From positions 131,038 through 195,037 of the forward strand of contig DF237058.1 of the NCBI GenBank assembly GCA_000708835.1: a DNA stretch of 64,000 nt. The letters are read 5' to 3'. Below the pieces are notes generated by a model. That model was not told the origin of the DNA. It did no database searches and was given only the letters and a program-made list of their open reading frames with translations. The position numbers were made by a program, and so were the translations under genes. Origin of the DNA: Klebsormidium nitens. Taxonomy: Eukaryota; Plantae; Klebsormidiophyceae. Numbering within the stretch: position 1 is the first letter of the stretch; each line of letters starts with the position of its first letter. Below, piece by piece: positions 37,101 to 49,400 of this stretch.

Positions 37101-38511
37101 TCGATCCTCCGTCATTTTCTTCGGTTTCGCGATCGTGTCAAGCGAGGTTCAGAACGTCTTTGATTTTGTTTGAAAAGTGACCGTCTCGACAGGGGAGGCT
37201 GTGACGATACGGCACGTGGGTTTCTGCCCCACACCAGCTGTTCCTCACGCTGAAAGCCATTGCTGCTACGAGCAGAATCTCTTCGCCCGTCGAAAATAAG
37301 AGCTTTACACGTTGTTGGTCCGAAAAACGGTCTAAAATGGATTCAGAATGTCTTCGCTGCCAAAAGTAATGGTTTTGTGAAGGGCGAGGCTGGGACGATA
37401 CAACGTATGGGCTTCAGCCCAACTCCACTCCCTGTAGACCGATCGCCTCTTCCACTGGAAGCAGATACTCTTTGCCATTGGAAGGCAGATGCTTTGATAT
37501 TCTCAATTCGGATAAGGCGGTCCAACACGATTATGAAAATGTTCAGAACGTCTTTGGTTTCAAAGTAGTGGTCTTGAAGGGGAATGCTGTGACGGATATG
37601 GCATGTGGGCGTCTGCCCAGGGCCCCAGTTATTGCGGATTCCGACCGCTTTTGCCAGTATGAGCAGAACCTTTTCGCTCTCTGTAAAGCAGATCTTTCCA
37701 CATTCTTGGCTCGGTCACAGCGGGCCCAGAGCCTCTAATCAGATTCTGAAAGTCTTTACCTTTGACTCAAAAGTAATGGTCTCGAAGGGGAGGGCTGTGA
37801 CGATAAGGCGTGTGGGCGTCCGCCCACCCCACCCAGTAGACCAGCCGACAGCTGCCTTTGCCCCTAAAAGCACTATCTCTTGCTCTACTGAAACTAGAGG
37901 CTTTCACTTCATGGTCCGGTCACAGCAGGCTATATGGTCTGTCTTGCTGGTTACCTGTCTCCCTTCTCTGAGATCAGTCATCTTGGATCTGTTTTCTCAC
38001 CCTCATCTTCACGTTTTGAATAAGATTTAAGCGTTCGATTGAGATATACGCGCTCGTCTTTGCAGAATCCGCCCCTTCTCCTCTACACTTTGATCAAAAT
38101 ATAAGCGCTCAATAAACATATACGCGCCCGTCTTGCAGATCCGGCTGACTCTTCCTGTACCCCGGCATGGTGGGCCGCAACTTTGGCCCTTTCTTCAGTA
38201 TTCATCAAATATAAGCGCCACATAACATATACGCGCCCGCCTTGCAGATCCGGCTGACGCTGCTGTACCCCGGCCCCGTGGGCCGCAACTTCGACGAGAT
38301 CATTCGGTGCATCGCGGCGCTGCAGCTCAACTGGAAGCTCCACGTGGCAACCCCGGCCAACTGGAAGATCGGGGACCGGGTGATCGTTCCTCTGAAGATC
38401 TCGGACGAGGAGGCGGAGAAGCGGGGCATCAAAAACATCAAAGCAGAGGACCTGCCGTCCAAAAAGAAGTACCTGCGCTGGGGGGAGGCGGAAGTGCTGA
38501 CCAAGATATGA
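34125..38511 (+). CDS. 1-Cys peroxiredoxin (Prx6 subfamily) with N-terminal organelle-targeting-like extension
   Basis: Exons 34125-34458, 35800-36098 and 38248-38511. Prx6 motif FTPVCTTE, plus PMNARG...RPDKK|IRLTLLYPGPVGRNFDEIIR and VATPANWKIGDRVIV. Confidence 0.92.
36040..36570 (+). repeat. Decaying tandem copies (~130-135 bp) of the peroxiredoxin exon-2 3' end and splice donor
   Basis: GAACGG..GGGCAACCCGATGAACGCGCGCGGGATCCA recurs at ~36048, ~36170 and ~36308, with a degenerate copy at ~36514. Donors AG|GTGCGC at 36098, 36230 and 36365. Confidence 0.9.
37170..37860. repeat. Degenerate ~200-bp tandem repeat (about 4 copies) in peroxiredoxin intron 2
   Basis: GCTG(T/G)GACG(G)ATA...TGGGC-type cores at ~37198, ~37390, ~37586 and ~37795. 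Confidence 0.6.
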
Positions 38512-40875
38512 GATCAGGCGGAGGTTTTGAATAGGGGGTGGTAAGAAAGTGGGGCTTGGTTAGAGAGGGTAAAATCGAGCAGAATTAGAGCAGAAACAAG
38601 TGGACATTTTTGAAAGGGACAAATGCACATATGGGCGATCTGAGATGTGGAAAACTAGTAGAGGGGAAGCGTATGGCGATTCCGCCGATCAACCAACGGT
38701 CGCCCTGCTTAGGAAAGTAAATGTAACGTCGAGGATACTTTAGTTTCCAGTGCAGCTGAGAGTCAGGTCCGAGATTCCTGGAAGGATCTGTATAGGGTCT
38801 TCTTTGTCCTAGCATCTTTGCGAAACAAACGCACGTACAAACGAAGGGGCGCAGCTCACAGAGAAACCCGTTTCCCATGTACAGAAGACGTTATGGAACT
38901 TTGCTGCGCCAAAAGAAAACGTGACATCAGCTCCTTTAATTTCCTGCCGTTAAGGTGATAGTGGGGTGCTCCCTGACCAAGGTGCGTTCCGAGAAAGCGG
39001 CCTTTGTTGAGTGATCGCATGCCGCCTCTAGTGGTGACCTGTAATGTTTTACGTGTGAGCCCCGGACCCAGATCTTTGGATTAGAAGAGTGTGCGCTACT
39101 GTTGCAGCATACTCTTGCATAACCCAGTAAAGTCTGCTCCGGCCTAATCTTAACGAGTGGTACCGCCATGCGCGCTTCTGGTCTTCATCCGTAACGATCC
39201 GTCCGTTGTCAATCGTGAGCAAGGCGGACCCTGCCATTGCCGAATATCCTCGAGCACCTCAATCTCAGCGAGTATGAAGACAAGCTTGGTACTCAGTTTG
39301 CTTGTCGTCTTGACATAACTCGACGGCTTCAACTGATCCATCTGCGTACTCCTAAGGCACGTGCCACGCCGGGTTTACAACGAAGTCACGAGGATTGAGC
39401 TGGTTGCGTGTGAGTTAAGCATCAATTGATGTAACTTCCAAGCAAGCCATCCCGGCTGGTATTGCGTCAGAGATGTACATCATGCATAACGTTATGCACA
39501 AACCTATGCTTTGGAAGTTGGCCTATACGGCCCAGCCAGAGCCTGATTGACGGTCACCGCGGGTCACCACGGTACGAAACTGGTGATAACTGGAATTGAA
39601 GCGGCCAGAGCAATACGTGTATCGCGCGCGTGATCTACTTGCAGGTATACGCACGCATGCAATGTTTGACTAAGGGGCCCTTAGCACGCGAGCATGCAAG
39701 GTAAATCTACCGGCCAAAGAAGGGCCGCCGCACCTGGCATCCGATCGCTCATGCGTGTCTAACATGCCGGCCGGCACCCACGGTGCGCTAGTTAGTTGAG
39801 CAACATTGGCACCGGCGTCTGTACAACATAATGGTGGGTGGGGGCGGCCTGGCCATATGCATCGTGTCTTTAAGCTAGTATTGTACGCGTGTAGTGACGT
39901 ACTTAAGCCTCAGCCTGTTTTCGAAGGTATTGAACGTACCGCGTCGAACATAATGATCGTTGACGGTTCCAATGGTCTTTGTCTCGCACATTGAGTTCTT
40001 TTCAGGTCAGTTCCTGTTGTACAATCTAATGTTAACCACTCACTCGTTTTGGGCCACCTTAACTTACATCAGATTCGCTTACAAACCCATGGCTTCTTAT
40101 TTCTCTCCTGCTGCCCTTGCTGTACAAAGTCTCTCGCTCAGTTACTCAATCCAACAGATAACATTGCCCTAAATCACCTTACCCCTACTTTGAGCCTAGA
40201 CCACGGAAGTACGGCAATGTCAATCCTCGAATCAAGGTGAATGGATAGCACGAAACGGGCTTCAAGTCCCCTTAGTTGACACCGTACACAAACACAGCAG
40301 CCCCGAATCTGTGGTTCTCTGCGATCCAAATGTACAAACGCTAACTTCCTGATACAACCCTAGCGTCTACTCTAAATTCACCAAATCTGCACAAAACTAC
40401 TAAGCGACCTTTCCGCGCTGATGAGCCAAATGGCCACCTAAACGTCTACAAAGAAAGAAAATGCTGAAGTGGTTAGCTCTAGATCTGAAGATATGCAATT
40501 GAGGCTGTATCTACCACAAGAAACATTCAGAACGGTGCACTCCATACTATGGAGGACGGCCCTATACCGATTGAAAGATCAACGGTGCACGGAGTCCTCT
40601 AAGTGTGGCGTAGCGTCAGCAAAAGCACTTTGCGGAATGAAGTCAAAGCCGGGTTGAGCAGAAGACCCAAGACGAGGCGAGTAGAGCACAATCGGTTTAC
40701 CGCCAATGTTCGGAATCCTTCGGAATCAGAGACTTGGCACTCGCCCTACCGAAGTTTGTAAAGACAGATTTGGCACCTAGCCATACTCGACACCTGGCAA
40801 ACCTCTCTATAGAAAAAGTTAACGTGTGATACTCACCAACACAATGACCTGGCTCGAATGCGTTTGCGCGGTGCG

Positions 40876-42918
40876 TCAGGCCTGCTTGCGCTCCTTGAGG
40901 GCAAACACCTCAACCAGGCGCTTCTGGGCTCCCAATTGCAGGGTCTCGAGGATTCGCGGCTGTCCCGTCAGGTGTTCCACGAGTGCTGCAATTTGACCGG
41001 TGACGACTTTCAAATGATGGGGGCTAAAAGAATCGATTTAACAATTTGAGAGGAGAGGGGCTAAAAGAATCGATTTAACAATTTGAGAGGAGATGCAGGT
41101 CTTAGAAAGGAATACTGCTCAAATAACGATTGGAGTGAGCAAAACCAAGTTTTGACCAAAACGCGACTTGTTGGCAGACGTACATGCTGACATGAAGTCA
41201 AGGGAAGAGTCCAAAACACGGACAAGAATCAATTTCTCAAACTATGTCCAGTTGCTGAGCCGTTGATGCCTTCCATGAATAGAGGGTTGAATAGTGTCTC
41301 GTCATCGAAGAATATCAATTGAGCTTACATAAAGGATTGACCCGTGAGGAACACAGCCTCCCTCTCAAGTTTCGTAGGAGATGTCATTCTGGATGTCTCA
41401 AGAATGACTTCACTGGCAAAGACAGAACGTTCCCGGTACGTCACAGGAAACAGAGACGATGTGCAGGATATGACACGGGAAGAAACAGGACTGCAGAAGG
41501 GAATTAGACGTGCCATCTGTGTGCGTGTAACAGTTGTTCCGCACGAGGTGCAGCCTGGAGTCCCACTTATTGTGGAAGTCGACCGCCTCCTCGATGCTCC
41601 GTTTTGATTCGCCTACCAGCCAGCAGTTCTTCCGCGGTAGCCGGCTCAGCCGGGATTGACGTAAGATGCCTGGCAAAAGTGAAGGTTTCGGTGAGCCAAG
41701 AGAAGCAAGGAGATACAGCGACCATATGGAAGACCAATCAAGCTGGACATGCAACCCAATCCCGCAATTGAAACATGAAGGGATGTTTCTGGATCTGCGC
41801 AACGGATAGTGCAGCAAGCTTGTGCCCATGTTGAGAAAGGGCTAGAAGTATGTTGCAATAACTGTCAAACAATCCTTGCAGCACCTAAACAGGAGAGCCT
41901 CTCAGGAGTGCGCTTTGTCATACTCACACGAGTCAACATACTTGGGAACATACAGCCCAGGCCTTTCTTGCGAGATGATTGACGCTTTACCTGGGGACGT
42001 TCTGCCAGTCAGCAGCGTGAAGCAGACGCTGGGGCTCTCGGGGTCCACTGGCCGGAAGTCAAAGCAAACACACTGTGCAGAACAGATGCACGTCAGAGTC
42101 CTTTTGGAAGGTTCATATGCCCCGTAGGAACCGAAACAGCAATCTGCACGATTCACAAGGCTACCAATGATCTCAAGGCAAACAATGAGCGGAGTCAAAA
42201 TGTTTCAACAAAGTTGAGCTAGATTGTTTGTACTTAAAGAGCCTTCTAGGTACGTCAAGACTACTCGCACATAGAAACATTTTTCGCAGCTTTGAAGCTC
42301 CATCATAATTTTAAGGCTGTCCCATCCAACACTGGGGGTTAGCCTCCCAAGCTGGTGCGCCCTGGAGCTTACCTTCCCATCAGGCCCTTCCACCAGCGTC
42401 ATTGCATGCTCCATCCGCTGCTTGAAGGCAACTCGTGTGAAATCAACCGCTGCCGCCAGGATTCCATTGGGGAGGTCCAGTGGAACCAGAATAATGTACA
42501 CCCGTAGACCACCTGAGCCTGCCGGGGTTTTGGCGCCGTTATTTTCTTCTGCATGCTCAGGGATTGTATCTACTGCATCCAGAGTGGCTGCTGAAACCTT
42601 GACTTGTCTGGTTGTGCTGGCCAGAATTTGGTGTGCTTTTCTTGCTGTTTTAGAAACCTTTGAGTTGCCCAAAGGAACTCCTTCAACACGCCTGCCCGAG
42701 AATGCCCCGGGCCATAAATTGGCCAAATGTGCATAAGAGTTGGCTTTGAATGTGCGAGCGTGCCGAGAGACCGAATCTTGGTGAAGTGCACGAGCTACTG
42801 CTAGCTGTGAGCTTGTTGAATGCAGATTTGCTGCGGATGGAGAATGCTGACCACCACGTATATGCCCAGTGTCTGAATATAGGAGGCCTCGGACCTTTTC
42901 AACTGTAGCGCACGCCAT
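40876..42918 (-). CDS. Uncharacterised plant-type plastid protein with His and Asn-Cys motifs (possible PPPDE/LRAT-like fold)
   Basis: Exons 42918-42373, 42072-41991, 41669-41514 and 40985-40876 join in frame: S/A/R-rich transit-like N-terminus, MEHAMTLVEGPDGK|CVCFDFRPVDPESPSVCFTLLTGRTSPG|ILRQSRLSRLPRKNCWLVG...WDSRLHLVRNNCYTHTD|ALVEHLTGQPRILETL. Resembles a conserved land-plant family (FDFQPxDPE...KCWxVG...LVEYLTG), recalled from memory. Confidence 0.75.
41020..41093. repeat. Perfect 37-bp tandem duplication in an intron
   Basis: GGGGCTAAAAGAATCGATTTAACAATTTGAGAGGAGA occurs twice. Confidence 0.9.
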
Positions 42919-43522
42919 TGGAGGACTGATTATATAGGGGGACCAAGAGGCTGCATTGACCTGCAGGGCTCGCCTCGTCTAATTGCCCCCCCACCGCCCA
43001 GCGCCCCTGCGGCTGGCTGCTGCAGGCAGCTCTGAGAGTGATATCCTGATCTTCAACTTCAAGCAAAGGAGGGAGGAGGTTCTATTAAAATTACTGGTTG
43101 GAGTCTGGACGAATAAATTACCCTACATTGACAAAGTACAAAGGCCCATTATTGCACCCATACGCCGATGCTTCTCTGAGGTGGATGGGCCGCGGCGCAT
43201 GACGGCGCACAACGACAGAGCTCCTTTCTTCGTAAAAAACTTGCCTATTTCAAATGATAATACAGGACTATCGATAGTAGATATCAGGTCGCCTATGACG
43301 ACAAACGTAGGAAATCTTGGAAGAGTTGCCTCTCACACGAGGCCGGACAAAGAGAAGTGCACCATGTCATGATGTGCTTTCTTCCACGTTCGTCGTCGTT
43401 TGCAACATTCTACTACTAGAGTCTAGGATAGACGCCATTCTTTTTCCCTTCTTCTTTCTCCCTTCAGAATCTAAGTTCAAGTTCAGTCTTCGTTCTTCCG
43501 AGTTTTATCACCAAAGGCGACA

Positions 43523-45387
43523 ATGCAGGCAGCCACAGCTCTGAGCAGGGGTCCTCTCGCAGGGCCTTCCTCATTCTCCCACAGAACCACCACCTCATCA
43601 GAAGTCTCTCAACTCCGCATTCCGTCCAGCCGACTCCCCTTCTCGCAGCCCTTCTCCTTCCCAAGCAAAATCCAGAATGGCCACCGGTGGCTTTGCCAGG
43701 CAGCGAATGAACCCAGCCTATACCAGCCGTTTAGACCACCCCCATCGGTTGCACCACCAGAAGAGGAGACTGTGCAGGGTACCAAAGAAGAGATGCTGCA
43801 GAGGCTAACTGAGAGGATGGGTTTGTGGCATGAATGGGCACCACTTATCTCGCTCCTGCAGAAACAAGGCGTGAGCCCCAAGGAGATTGATGAGGTGACG
43901 GGTCTGACAGGGGTGGAGCAGAACATGACGGTGGTTGGTGCGCAGGTGAGAATTGGTCAGATGCAGCAGAGATCCAAAAGCCAAGGGAATTGTCAAAAAG
44001 GTGCATACCTGCATGAGCAGAGGAACAGTTGCTGTTATTATTCAAGAGGTGGTCACAGCACGGTAAGGGTCTGGCTTGACAGTTTCGAGAAAAACTTTGG
44101 ACACTTCAACATCGCCGCTGCTGGGGAACCAGCGAATGTTGAGACAATCATTCAGAAGTTTCCTTTGGAACTACTAGATTGAATTGCCGGCATGGACGTG
44201 GCTTGATTTTGAGAGAGAGCCTGAAGGCATCAATCTAGATCTTGAACCTGTCTAGTTCGTCTCAAAGAGGATTAGGATTTACTACAAGCGGCAGGCTCTT
44301 GTTCCAGAGAGTGGAGTTGCTCAACTGTGCTTCTCCCGCTTTCATACGAAAAGCTACCATGGTGCATGGGCCAGCTAATCTAGTACTTTGACTGACATGT
44401 CAAGAGTTATGTCGAACTAAGAGAGTACCAAACATTTCTCCTTGTCATGCACCACCACTAGGAAAAGCAGAATTGACAGCACAAAATTCTCTCCCTCTGC
44501 AGGTTTACAAGTCCCTGGGCGCTCAGGGCTTCCCTGAGGATCAGCTCCGCTTCTTTGACATCGCCGGCTCCGGAGTTCTATACGAGCTGCGTGTTCTGGC
44601 CGTCAACCAGAGGCGTAGCGCTGCAGAATACATCATTGATAACAACCTCGACGCAAAGGGGGTCCGGGAACTAGCCAAGGCAATTAAGGACCACGAACGG
44701 AAGCGGGGGGGCGAGGGCCGTGACGCTTTCACACAGGCCCCTGGGGATGCAATGGCTTTCGCTTTCTATAGAAATGCGAAGGAGGCGAGGAGCGAACAGG
44801 AGAGGGAGAGTCTATTGGAACAGGGATTGAGCGTGGTAGTCACGGAAGCGGGCCGGAAGAAACTGGAGGAGCTGCTGATCAAGAACAAGGACGTGAAGAA
44901 AAGCGTGACGGCGCGGTTGCAGCTTGTGCGCCTGCAGAGGGACGAGACGACGCCCCGCGCAATTCCAGTGGTCGGGGCTCTGTCCGAAGTTTCGGCGGCC
45001 GATGTTGAAGCGGCTCCTGTCGCTCGGACGGACACGCTCTTCCCGATTTTCACGACCACGGGGCATGGGAAGTGGGTGGCGGTTCCAAGCTGGACGGCAA
45101 TCAGCGAAGCGCAGGCTCCGGTCGGGATTTTGCATCCGGACGCCAAGACACTGCCCGGCGATGCCGGCGCACGCACGTCTGGAGGACCTGCGTTGGTGGT
45201 AGTGAATAGGAACGATAGAGCGTTGTCGGATGAGCATTACTACCTTGTTGAGAAGACAGGTGAACCGGGCCTCGCGCTTATCCAGGGGTCAGATGCAGAT
45301 GCTTCAGGCCAGGTGCTTGGACGGGTTGTCGTGGCTGTACGGCCGCCGTCCAAGAACGAGGAGATCGAGGAGATCGACTGGGTCTAA
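43523..45387 (+). CDS. RAF1: Rubisco accumulation factor 1, chloroplast
   Basis: Exons 43523-43945 and 44503-45387. Transit peptide, then LYQPFRPPP, GLWHEWAPLISLLQKQG...IDEVTGLTGVEQN..VVGAQ|VYKSL, LYELRVL, AFTQAPGDAMAF and VLGRVVVAVRPP. Confidence 0.93.
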
Positions 45388-46480
45388 AGATGCGTTGGAA
45401 CAAATCAGCCAAATTTTGTAGCCTGAGTAGAGTTGACCTGAACATAGGAGATATGATGCGTTGACAAATCAATGTCAGGTGGCATGGCGCTTCCCTAGGC
45501 ATGTTATCTTATGGGAATACCGTGTGAGAGCGCAGAATCAGGACGGAAGATTTGTTCTTCCGCTTGCAACCCGTTCCACTTAGCTGTGTCAATGTTGGAA
45601 TGGGAAAGCATCTTACGGTTGATCGAGTCTTACGTTAAGCCCATGCAATTCCATGCAGACCAGCTCCAGTTCTAGAGCAGCCGCGGTGGTCAGAACCACT
45701 TGCAGCGTTTCCATCACCGCTTACAATCAATCACGTGCGCTCCAGGAGCTCTCAATTGCGGCTGGAGAAAACAAGTACAGAATCACATATTCCACATGCC
45801 GACCACTTACATGTGAGCCGGGGGAGGCTGTTTACCGTATGTGTCAGATCAAATTCGTCGGACTGCGCCTGATTGTCCAAGACACAATGATGCAATATAC
45901 TCGCGCACTACAGTCCAACAAACCATTCAAGTACCGACTCAAGTGTATGAATCATTCGAGCTAGTTACAGACGCAAATTCACGCGCAAGCTGTGGAATCG
46001 ATCGATGCTGGACACAACTACCAATGCAAGCACAAGCAATTAGAACTTAATATGGTGTATCGGACATTGCTTGACTTAATGGAATTCAGACGGTATAGGC
46101 CTGACGCTTCGCCGCCTCAGCCTACATTCTGTGCAGCAACTTCCTTGCAGTAGCTCAAGCTCCACGACATGCATAAGGACCTAAGTGAATTGCTACATCA
46201 GCCCAACTAGTGATGCCCGAGGCATTAGGGTCATATAGAAATCAGTCCGACCAGCATGACTGGTCGAAAATACTAAATTGACCGTTGCAAATGATGTTCA
46301 CCTAGATTGATCTCTGGACCTGAGGTAGGACTGGCTTGCAGAATTGCTTCGCTTGCAGTATACTCTTCTTTCGGAGGCCCGAACATGTCTCGCGTATTCT
46401 AATAGCCAACGAATCCAGCGGGCATGCAGCACTGTCTAATTCCTCCTGCATCGTGATCTCTAGGAAGCATCTCTAAGATC

Positions 46481-49400
46481 TCAACTGACGGAGACGTCTC
46501 CTTGCGGCTTACGCCCCTTGGCCAACACCACATCTATCGTAGCGAGATCTTCGCCGTCCAACTCAAATGTAAACAGCCGTCGATGATCCTCCACGTGGTT
46601 GGCGTTCCGGGCCCCAATGATTATTGCCGCGACTGTGGGCCGTTGGAGGACCCACTTGGACGAGACGTTTGCAACGTCAGTCGAGTGCTTGTCAGCGATG
46701 GAGCGAAGACACGTCAGCAGCTCTTGCAGCCAATCCCAGGAGCCCACCTGAGAAAAAAGGTGAACGGTCTTATGGGATCGAAGGGCGATCTGATGAACGA
46801 AGCTACAAGTGCGGAAACGGACAATCTCAATAGAAGCGCTTGCGATAATTCCTGACATGTAGCAAATGGCTTCGCGAACGTTCCGAGTCTGCAACGAGAG
46901 TTCTGGGACGAGGTACAGCACACAAAAAAATGACGAGGAGAAGGGCAAATTGCTGCCGCCAGAAGGACCAAATGAGCACTTAATGCATTAAGGTAACCGC
47001 AACACCGATCCACATGACTTCTTGACGGTCTCCGCCATCATCTTTGTTCGTCCTTCGCTCGGTGCATATGGTTTACCTAACCTTGGCATCATTCTTAGCG
47101 GTCCATTTGGTCCACCTAATCTTGACACCAAATCTAGAATCAAGTTCTTGTCCAAAGAGCTCACCCTTCCCAGCGTGTTGGCATATTTCTGGAGGCTGTA
47201 CGTGTTGATGGTCTTGGATGCCTGATCGGCGGACACTCCCAAGTATCTGCAAGATCAGCGTTCGGAAGGGTGTGAATGCGAGCAACCCGCTGTACGAAAA
47301 GCGTACGGAGGGGCAAGCTCGGTCGATCGAAGTGCGATCCTGAACGAACCAGAAACGGGGTCGCAAAGACAAACAGAAGGACCGAGGCGACTCAAAAAAC
47401 CGACATTGCATTGAAAGGGATATATCGAGGTGAGTATGCGGCCACGTGTGAGCAGAAGAGGACGGTACCTATCATTGTTGGAGCCCCGCAAAAGCAACTT
47501 GCAGAGACGAGCCTGTCCGGAGTGCTTATGACTTGGCAAGGTCCATGGCGGCTCTTCTTAGTACATCGGACAGTTTGAATTCACTACGGAAACCTCTTTG
47601 GTGTGCATGAGCTGGCGGATACTCTTGAGCAAAAGCGGTTATCCAGACGTAGTCCAAATCAGAAAGTATTTATGGACAACCTTGGGAACAAAGCAACCGC
47701 CAAGCTGCGTAAAACCTACGGAAACCCACCACTTGAGAACCATGTTTCGCTCACTTTCTCCCGTAGACTGCACGTCTTTCCTCCACAAACCATTCAGCAA
47801 AAAGGAGAAAAGCTGGCCGCTCACTTGTCGGTCAAAAAGCCCCCCCCGACAGTTCCGAAAGGCAGCAGGCTGATGTCGTGCTTCTGACAGAAGTCGACCA
47901 GGCCGTTCTCGGGCCGTCGGTCCAAGAGCGAGTATTGCACCTGCATCAAACGTGCACACCGATTTTTCAGCACAGAACATCGCCCTGTCGTTTGCGGCAC
48001 AGTGTAAAAGGCGCCGTACGATATGATTGAATGAGAGCGAGCGGAAGGAGGGTCAGAACGTGCTGCGGCAATGTGTATCAAGGTAGAAACGTTTTGCTCG
48101 GCACTGTGCAAAGTGCTTCCTAGTTCCATTTCCAGCTGTCTCAAGACCTGCTGTTCCACAAAGAGACGTGTAATTGTCAAGCAAACTTCAACAATATGTA
48201 ATGCAAAGACCAGCCCGCTTTCTGGATCAATTGAATAGATTGAAGATAGATAAGAGACGGATAGCAAGGAAGCACCTGGTTGGCCGCGATTTTGACGCCC
48301 GCCGAGACCATTTCCTCAAGCTGCTTTGTGGCGAGGTTGGTGACTGCCACTGCCCGAATCTTGCCCTTTTCCTGGACGAAGAAAGGACCTGTAAGTCCAC
48401 GACCCGTCTCCGAGATCTCAAGATTCCAAAGATGCACGGCAGCTCTTGTGCGAGAAAGTCTAGCGTCTGTCGTCGCTTGCCAGGGTGAAAGCCTCCGGTT
48501 CTCTACGAGGTGTGGGTGTCTATGTAAGTTTATGTCCAAGGTGTGGGTGTCTACATGCGTTTACTTAAGCGCTGCAACAGCAAACCATTCTTTCCAAGAC
48601 TTGTGGTGAGTGCCCGTTTAACAAGCCCTGCTTGTTGGGCAAGATTATAAGAGTGCATTCTGAAGTCTTCAAAAGGCAGTCTATTTTCAGAATGCTTCGA
48701 AGCAGCGTTTGGCTGCCAGTTTTCGGAAGATGTCCAGAACAAATGGCTTGATCAGACCGCAACCTGTGCTTCATTGCCTCAATCCTTATGCGGGTCAAGG
48801 GCAGAAACGCGAACCACTGGTCGAAACGTGAACCACAACCTGTCTTCGCCTTGAAAACGGCCTTCCTTACCTGAAGCGCTTGGAGCGCCTGCGCTGCTTT
48901 CACATAGTTGCGCACCGAATAGTCTTGCCAGTACATCTGAACTAGATCGAGGGAGTCCACCCCCAGGTGCTGGCGAGAGAGATCGATCTTTTGCTCCACG
49001 GCCTGGAGGCTCACGTTCTGCTGAGAGCTTCCAAAGAAGCAGCACTTGGTGAAAACCTGCACAGGGGGACGGCTGCAGCGGGTCTGGTAAACTTGGCAGA
49101 TAAAAGCGAATAATAAGGGCAATAAACGTGCGATGATAAGTGCGATGAAAAACACGAATGATGAGGGCAACGAGAGATTGGATCCCTCAACGTCATTTGT
49201 TTACATGGCTCCGACTGCGGGGAGCCCCCACTAAAGACTTGAGATTTGGTACGAGTCTAATCTGCCAGGCCCTGCGTGAATAGGAACAAAATCTCCGGAC
49301 CACGTCTCGATCTTTCGATTGTAAGGTGAAAGTCAAGAGCGCTGACCAGTCGAGCCAGAAAACTCCGAGCGTGCAGTCCATCTCTTCTCCACAAAAAGCC

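Noticed and set aside
39049-39341. Two overlapping short minus-strand ORFs with a protein-like look
   Set aside because: No recognisable domain and no consistent splice chain; could be a decayed fragment.
39760-39795. Short hairpin GCACC-CAC-GGTGC followed by CTAGT (Helitron-like 3' end)
   Set aside because: The stem is only 5 bp and lies 1 nt from CTAG; no 5' TC end or second copy identified.
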